Source: a virus
Strand: one strand, 5' to 3'
Virus record (IMG/VR): IMGVR_UViG_3300037478_000708
Location: 92,009 to 156,008 of that record
Length of the DNA stretch: 64,000 bases
A program made the position numbers and the translations under genes. Below are positions 60,317 to 64,000 of the stretch, piece after piece. The notes under the pieces are model-generated. The model was not told where the DNA came from. It made no database searches and saw only the letters and a list, made by a program, of their open reading frames with translations. Within the stretch, counting starts at the first letter, position 1. Every line of letters starts with the position of its first letter.

Positions 60317-61044
60317 ACGTGCACCAACTCCTGTCGGCGACGCCGCCGTTCTCGTCCGTGCAGGTGCAGCGGTTGGAGTCGGGCTTCGTCTGCGTGGTTC
60401 CGCCGGGTCCTCCGCTCGCGGCGAAGGAGAGCGGCGACGTTGCGCTCGCCATGCACATCTTCCTCGGGGCGAAGGACGCGCCGTCGGTGCGGTCGAGCGC
60501 TTCGTGGGAGAGCTTCGACGGCGCGGCGGAAATTCGCTACGAGTGGCCGCCGGCCACGGTGCCGCACGGAGCGGTGTTCCAGTGCTCGAAGATCACGAGC
60601 ATTCGGAATGGGGTGCTCAAGCCGCGGGGCGGCTACCTCGTGACGCATCACGTTGCGCAGCCCGGGTCGGTGGTTCAGACGTCCGTGTTCACGCGCGCGG
60701 CCGTCATGGATCGACTCCGTGCGTGGCTCCTGCCCGCGACGGAAGATGTCGAGGAGACGCGCCTCATCTCGCTGGCCGGGATGCGTCCGAATCCCGACAT
60801 GGACGTGGAAGGCGACGACGTGTTTCTCGCGCACGTTCGTCATAGCTCCCTCGTGGACGACTTCAACGGCCCCTGTCCCTACGTGGCGTGTTCGGAGACT
60901 CCGCGGCTCGCCGTGGGTGTCATGGACATGGACGTCGTGAACTACATCGTCGCGGAGCTGGATAACGACATGCAGGGTCACTTCGCGCTGCGGATCCACG
61001 ACCGCTTCCTCGAGTTCGGCCCGCGTGTCGAGCAGCCCGAATGA
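60313..61044 (+). CDS. Hypothetical protein
   Basis: ATGA coupling at both ends. Confidence 0.55.
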   Translation: MNVHQLLSATPPFSSVQVQRLESGFVCVVPPGPPLAAKESGDVALAMHIFLGAKDAPSVRSSASWESFDGAAEIRYEWPPATVPHGAVFQCSKITSIRNGVLKPRGGYLVTHHVAQPGSVVQTSVFTRAAVMDRLRAWLLPATEDVEETRLISLAGMRPNPDMDVEGDDVFLAHVRHSSLVDDFNGPCPYVACSETPRLAVGVMDMDVVNYIVAELDNDMQGHFALRIHDRFLEFGPRVEQPE

Positions 61045-61409
61045 CGAGCCTGCTCGAGATCTCCCTCTCCGCGGCCGTTCCGCTGCGCATGGCGGAGGTG
61101 CGCAGTCGTGGACGGGACGTGTGGTGGCGGACGCTTCAGGAGCGCAAGGAGGAGTGGGTACTGACGATCGCGGAGAAGGGCGACATCCTCCAGTACGGAG
61201 GTGGCAAGAAGGGGGAGGTTGCGGAGATCTTCAATCAGACCGCGGAGGCCATTGCGCATCTGGCTTTCGTGGAGGGCGGAGTTCGCTTCGTCGGGATGCA
61301 CTTCGAGGGGCGATTCGCTGGCGAGGCGACTCGAGGTGCTCGAAAGAAGCGCAAGGCGTTACGTCGAAAGACCAAACTCAAGAAGAAAGCAAGGCGCGAG
61401 AACCGATGA
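61041..61409 (+). CDS. Hypothetical phage protein with basic tail
   Basis: AVPL...IAEKGDILQYG...FN..A.AIA.LAF..GGV.F.G.HFE. Confidence 0.65.
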   Translation: MTSLLEISLSAAVPLRMAEVRSRGRDVWWRTLQERKEEWVLTIAEKGDILQYGGGKKGEVAEIFNQTAEAIAHLAFVEGGVRFVGMHFEGRFAGEATRGARKKRKALRRKTKLKKKARRENR

Positions 61410-62503
61410 CGACGTTCGACAAGAATCTCTACGCGGAGGTCGTCTTCGATGGCCTCGAGACGCGCGTACCCGCGTGCATGGGAACGCCGAAGGAGGGGCA
61501 GCTTTTGGGCACGCCCCTGGAGCGGTTGGTCGAGCTGGCCGGACGTGTTTGTTATGACTCGCTCGGGAAGGGCCGCAGCTCGGTCGAGTACCACGCTCAC
61601 ATCGCCGAGGTCAGGCACGGCTCCGTGTGGGAGCACGCGAACGTGACGCTCCGCGTTCCTCGGTTCGGAGAGAACATGCTGGCCGCTGCGATGCAGTTCA
61701 TCAACCGCCCCGGAGTATGGATGCGGTTTGGCGGCGACGGCGCGTTGCGCGTGACGATGAATCTTCGCTCGTTGCTGGAGTTCGACGATTTCTCGGTGCC
61801 CGTCGCGCCCTGGACCGAGGTAGGACCCGTATTGCGCTCGGCACTGTTTGGAGCCGTCGCGCCGCTCGCCCCGCAGATCGTGCGCTGTTCCGCTGCCGCG
61901 CAGGAGAGCACTACCGTCCGCGTTGTTGCTCCTGAGTTTCCCGAAGAGAAGTGGGTCTCGCTCCTGCTCGGCGGTTCGCGTGGGATGAGCCACGAGCAGG
62001 TTCGGCACAAGTGGCGTACGGCCGTGTCGCAGCGCAGCACCCGCTACGTGGACGAGTCGGAAAGCCCGTGGGTGGAGCATCCGCTCGTCACGAAGTACCG
62101 CGAGGAGACGGGCGCCGAAGACGAGGATCCGGTGCGGCCTGTTGCGGTCGAGCAGTACAGCGCGGCTGTCGAGGTGCTGGAGGAATGGCTCGCCGAGAAG
62201 GGTGTCGACAAGCACACGTCGCGTAAGCAAGCTCGCGGCGCTGCCCGCGGGTACCTGGGCAACGCGCTGCACACCGAGCTGATCTTCAGCGCGTCCGTTG
62301 CTCAGTGGCGTCGCATGCTCGTCACGGGTACCTCAGCGCGCTGTTCGCCGGGTGCCGACGCGGAGATCCGCGTGCTCTACGGTCACGTCCTGCGCGCGCT
62401 CAAGACGACGCATTGGGCTGAGGACTTCGCGGACATCGAACTGGTTCCCTCGCCGGACGGGATCGGTGAGGTTGCGCAACTCATGGCAGGGTCGCCGGCA
62501 TGA
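61406..62503 (+). CDS. thyX: FAD-dependent thymidylate synthase
   Basis: AGRVCYDS, HGSVWEH, SRGMSHEQVRH...SQRSTRY, ARG.L.NA..T, ADAEIR. Confidence 0.88.
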   Translation: MTTFDKNLYAEVVFDGLETRVPACMGTPKEGQLLGTPLERLVELAGRVCYDSLGKGRSSVEYHAHIAEVRHGSVWEHANVTLRVPRFGENMLAAAMQFINRPGVWMRFGGDGALRVTMNLRSLLEFDDFSVPVAPWTEVGPVLRSALFGAVAPLAPQIVRCSAAAQESTTVRVVAPEFPEEKWVSLLLGGSRGMSHEQVRHKWRTAVSQRSTRYVDESESPWVEHPLVTKYREETGAEDEDPVRPVAVEQYSAAVEVLEEWLAEKGVDKHTSRKQARGAARGYLGNALHTELIFSASVAQWRRMLVTGTSARCSPGADAEIRVLYGHVLRALKTTHWAEDFADIELVPSPDGIGEVAQLMAGSPA

Positions 62504-63483
62504 AGTTCAAGACGTGGTTGAAGACGTGGTATCACTCCTTCGTCTGCAACGACAACGTGCAGCGCAGCCGTTCCGACGTCGGCGAGCGTAAGCGCGGCTC
62601 CGCGTGGCGGCAGGGCCGCTGGTACCTTCGCTACGGTAGGGAACCGGTGCGAAAGAGCCCGGAGCACCCGCCGGAGTACGATCATCCCCACGTCTTCAAG
62701 CTGGAGTGGTCGTGGTTCCGTCGCAACATGGCCGCGCTCGGCATCGGGTTCGACGTGAGCGAGGGGTCCGAAGTGACGCTGCGTTTCGGCATCCCTTGGA
62801 TCTGTTCACTCTGGATCGGGCACACTGTTTCCGAGCGCTTCATGCGCTGGTTGCTGCCGTGGTACGTGTACGCGGAAGGGCGGAGCGGCGGCTGGCCGCT
62901 GTCGCGCGAGATCGACGTGTCTGTGCACCACGCGAAGGTGTGGTGTCATCTGTGGGTCGATCCGATGAACGGCGACTACGGTGACTACGGCGAGACGCAG
63001 CTTCCGCGCTGGCGCACGCTCAGCTTCTCGATCAACCCGCTCGATCTGCTCGGCCGCGTGCGCTGTCGGACGGAGCTTCTCGGTGAGCCGCGGGATGCCC
63101 TGATCCCGCTCCCCGAGGGGGAGTACCTCGGCACCCTTCAGCTCGAGCGACGGGTTTGGACTCGACGACTCTGGCCGTGGTGGCCGCTCAAGCACGTGAG
63201 GGTGTCGCGCGACGTCGAAGTTCCGGATGGCATTCCCTTTTCCGGCAAGGGCGAGAGCGAATGGGACTGCGGTGAGGACGGGCTCTTCGCGACCGGCTTC
63301 GATGTGGAGACGGCCTCCACCGACGAACAGGCGTGCGCGCTCTACGCGGCCTGTGTGCTGGAGACGCGTGTTCGTCGCGGGGATCCTCGCACGTGGCCGG
63401 AATCCCCTCGCGATCGCGCGTCTCGGATTGCTACCCTGCGCGCGAAGCGGCAGGACACCGCCTGCCAGGAGGATCCCTTATGA
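62500..63483 (+). CDS. Hypothetical Trp-rich phage protein
   Basis: GIPFSGKGESEWDCGEDG motif; coupled. Confidence 0.6.
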   Translation: MKFKTWLKTWYHSFVCNDNVQRSRSDVGERKRGSAWRQGRWYLRYGREPVRKSPEHPPEYDHPHVFKLEWSWFRRNMAALGIGFDVSEGSEVTLRFGIPWICSLWIGHTVSERFMRWLLPWYVYAEGRSGGWPLSREIDVSVHHAKVWCHLWVDPMNGDYGDYGETQLPRWRTLSFSINPLDLLGRVRCRTELLGEPRDALIPLPEGEYLGTLQLERRVWTRRLWPWWPLKHVRVSRDVEVPDGIPFSGKGESEWDCGEDGLFATGFDVETASTDEQACALYAACVLETRVRRGDPRTWPESPRDRASRIATLRAKRQDTACQEDPL

Positions 63484-64000
63484 GCGCTGGAGAAGAGCGG
63501 TCCGCTCAAGGCGGGAAGGTAATCGGCGCGAGCGTGGCCGCGAACGCGAGCCCGGCGGAGGCGACCGTAGGCAAGAAGACGGTCGAAGATCGCGGGGTGG
63601 GCACCTTGCAGAAGGTGCCGAAGGATCTGCCGCCCTTTCACGTCCGCGAGCACGTGCACTACCGGTTGACGTACTCCGAAGACGGTCGCGAAACGCAGCG
63701 GCGCATGTTGCACGAGTACGAGGTGTGCCTGGGCACGCCGCCGCCGGACTTCCACCGGTTTCAGGGGATCGGCTCTCTCCTGGCCAACCTCCCGGGTGGG
63801 CAGACTCATCGGGAGGACTACCGCTTCAACATCGTCGGCGCGAAGACGCTGGCGCAGGCGTGGGAGGCGTTCGACGACTTCGCGGCCCGCGGCGCGAAGA
63901 TCGCGGAGGACAACTTCCGCCGGAAGTACGCCAAGTGGGAGGAGCAGCAGCGCCGCCGCGTTCTCGCCGCGCAGGGGGGCGCGGCCGGCGCTGCCGCCTT
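63480..64000 (+). CDS. Hypothetical protein, runs off the window
   Basis: ATGA-coupled start at 63480, open to the window end. Confidence 0.55.
   Translation, partial: MSAGEERSAQGGKVIGASVAANASPAEATVGKKTVEDRGVGTLQKVPKDLPPFHVREHVHYRLTYSEDGRETQRRMLHEYEVCLGTPPPDFHRFQGIGSLLANLPGGQTHREDYRFNIVGAKTLAQAWEAFDDFAARGAKIAEDNFRRKYAKWEEQQRRRVLAAQGGAAGAAA

Noticed and set aside
1-64000. Cellular chromosome, plasmid or alternative genetic code
   Set aside because: Terminase, portal and T4/SPO1-like replication genes with no housekeeping loci indicate a phage; genes read intact in code 11 with tight ATGA/GTGA coupling

Overview
This window is a 64-kb segment of a large, high-GC (roughly 65-70% by eye) tailed dsDNA bacteriophage genome. 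No ribosomal or core housekeeping genes are present. It has four parts. (1) 1-3670 is the end of a virion/tail-fibre module, including a 21-aa repeat protein. (2) 3672-21179 is a divergent early or host-takeover region of many small genes (DUF6927-, DUF932-, DUF4942-MTase-, LPD29-like, SNF2 helicase, GHKL ATPase, PAPS-reductase-like) plus a tRNA-like RNA. It is followed by a GGDEF gene, a probable host-derived secreted/Myb-repeat cluster and RecQ. (3) A candidate replication origin at ~26.4-26.9 kb precedes a full replication/recombination module: UvsW-like helicase, DnaB-like helicase, primase, UDG-fused family A polymerase, UvsY-like, SSB, RecA, ParB, 5'-3' exonuclease, HerA-like ATPase, SbcD/SbcC, resolvase and HU. 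(4) Packaging/head genes follow (TerS, TerL with a class 3 intein, T4 gp20-like portal, MuF-like), then ThyX. The main unexplained signals are: six dispersed copies of the near-palindrome CCRGTGACA-GCG-TGTCACYGG, one directly behind an orphan histone-tailed ParB; nine sigma28/FliA-WhiG-like promoters in front of early genes, one driving a phage diguanylate cyclase; Lys/Arg-rich tails on most DNA-transaction proteins; a tRNA-like RNA with alanine acceptor identity; and several candidate structured RNAs. All protein family calls come from motif recognition by eye; no database searches were run.
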